A DNA stretch of 64,000 nt from Candidatus Saccharimonadales bacterium (GTDB lineage Bacteria > Patescibacteriota > Saccharimonadia > Saccharimonadales > UBA10212): assembly GCA_049521895.1 (NCBI GenBank), contig JBEKOJ010000001.1, positions 554,478 through 618,477 on the forward strand. Direction: 5' to 3'. The first letter of the stretch is position 1; every line of letters begins with the position of its first letter. This document shows positions 63,785 to 64,000 of the stretch, one piece after another. Under the pieces are notes generated by a model that did no database searches, was not told the origin of the DNA, and was given only the letters and a program-made list of their open reading frames with translations. Position numbers and translations under genes: made by a program.

Positions 63785-64000
63785 AAATACTCCTTTATAG
63801 CCTATCAACTTCCGGCTGCCTATATTATATCTGTTTTGAGCTATAATTTAGAAGGATGTTGGCTTTTAGCGAGACGGAAAAGCGGTGTTTACGGGCGTTG
63901 GGAGTTATCAGTGGGCTTAGCCTGGCATTTTTTGTGGTACGGGTGATACTGACTGGTTCGTCATACTATTCTTTTATACCGTGGAATTTATTGCTGGCCT

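Overview
The window reads as a 64 kb chromosomal segment from a small-genome bacterium. Gene content points to a Patescibacteria/CPR, possibly Saccharibacteria-like, organism: many small secreted or membrane proteins, TIGR02436-type four-helix-bundle proteins, a minimal type IV secretion locus and little metabolism. I cannot confirm the taxonomy without searches.

Layout, left to right:
- 0.2-10.8 kb: a surface-glycan locus. It holds a FutC-like GT11 fucosyltransferase, a methyltransferase, a GT2-GT4 fusion, four further GT2/GT4 enzymes, GDP-mannose 4,6-dehydratase and a Wzy/O-antigen-ligase-like membrane protein.
- 10.8-18.1 kb: a truncated PaaX-like regulator flanked by 40-bp palindromes, then the replication-origin region: jag-yidC-rnpA-rpmH on the minus strand, dnaA-dnaN-recF on the plus strand, with DnaA-box-like 9-mers between rpmH and dnaA.
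- 18.0-34.3 kb: a type IV secretion-like locus. On the minus strand sit VirB6/TrbL-like, VirB3-like, VirB4 and an M15 peptidase wall hydrolase with accessory membrane proteins. Divergently transcribed from them are seven tandem paralogous VirB2/TrbC-like pilin candidates with variable Cys-containing heads.
- 34.4-43.4 kb: Hsp20, a second four-helix-bundle gene and comF, then a tRNA-rich island. The island carries tRNA-Ser(GCU), tRNA-Ser(TGA), a tRNA-Arg-like gene and tRNA-Ser(CGA), unknown membrane proteins, a GC-rich non-coding block and a high-GC large serine recombinase. The recombinase ORF runs antisense into tRNA-Ser(CGA).
- 43.0-64 kb: housekeeping genes. These are HIT hydrolase, an HTH-HAD fusion, valS, tsaD, a Mur ligase, groES/groEL with a CIRCE operator, a double-LuxR regulator, a bifunctional PGI/PMI with a cupin protein, a MacB-like ABC transporter, tRNA-Ser(GGA), an HhH-GPD glycosylase-like gene, methyltransferases and two flavin reductases.

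Two repeat families recur through the window. One is a set of AATG/CATT pentamer-rich hairpin elements directly 5' of start codons (at least seven copies). The other is a roughly 28-nt motif placed just after the stop codons of consecutive genes at 60.5-62.3 kb.
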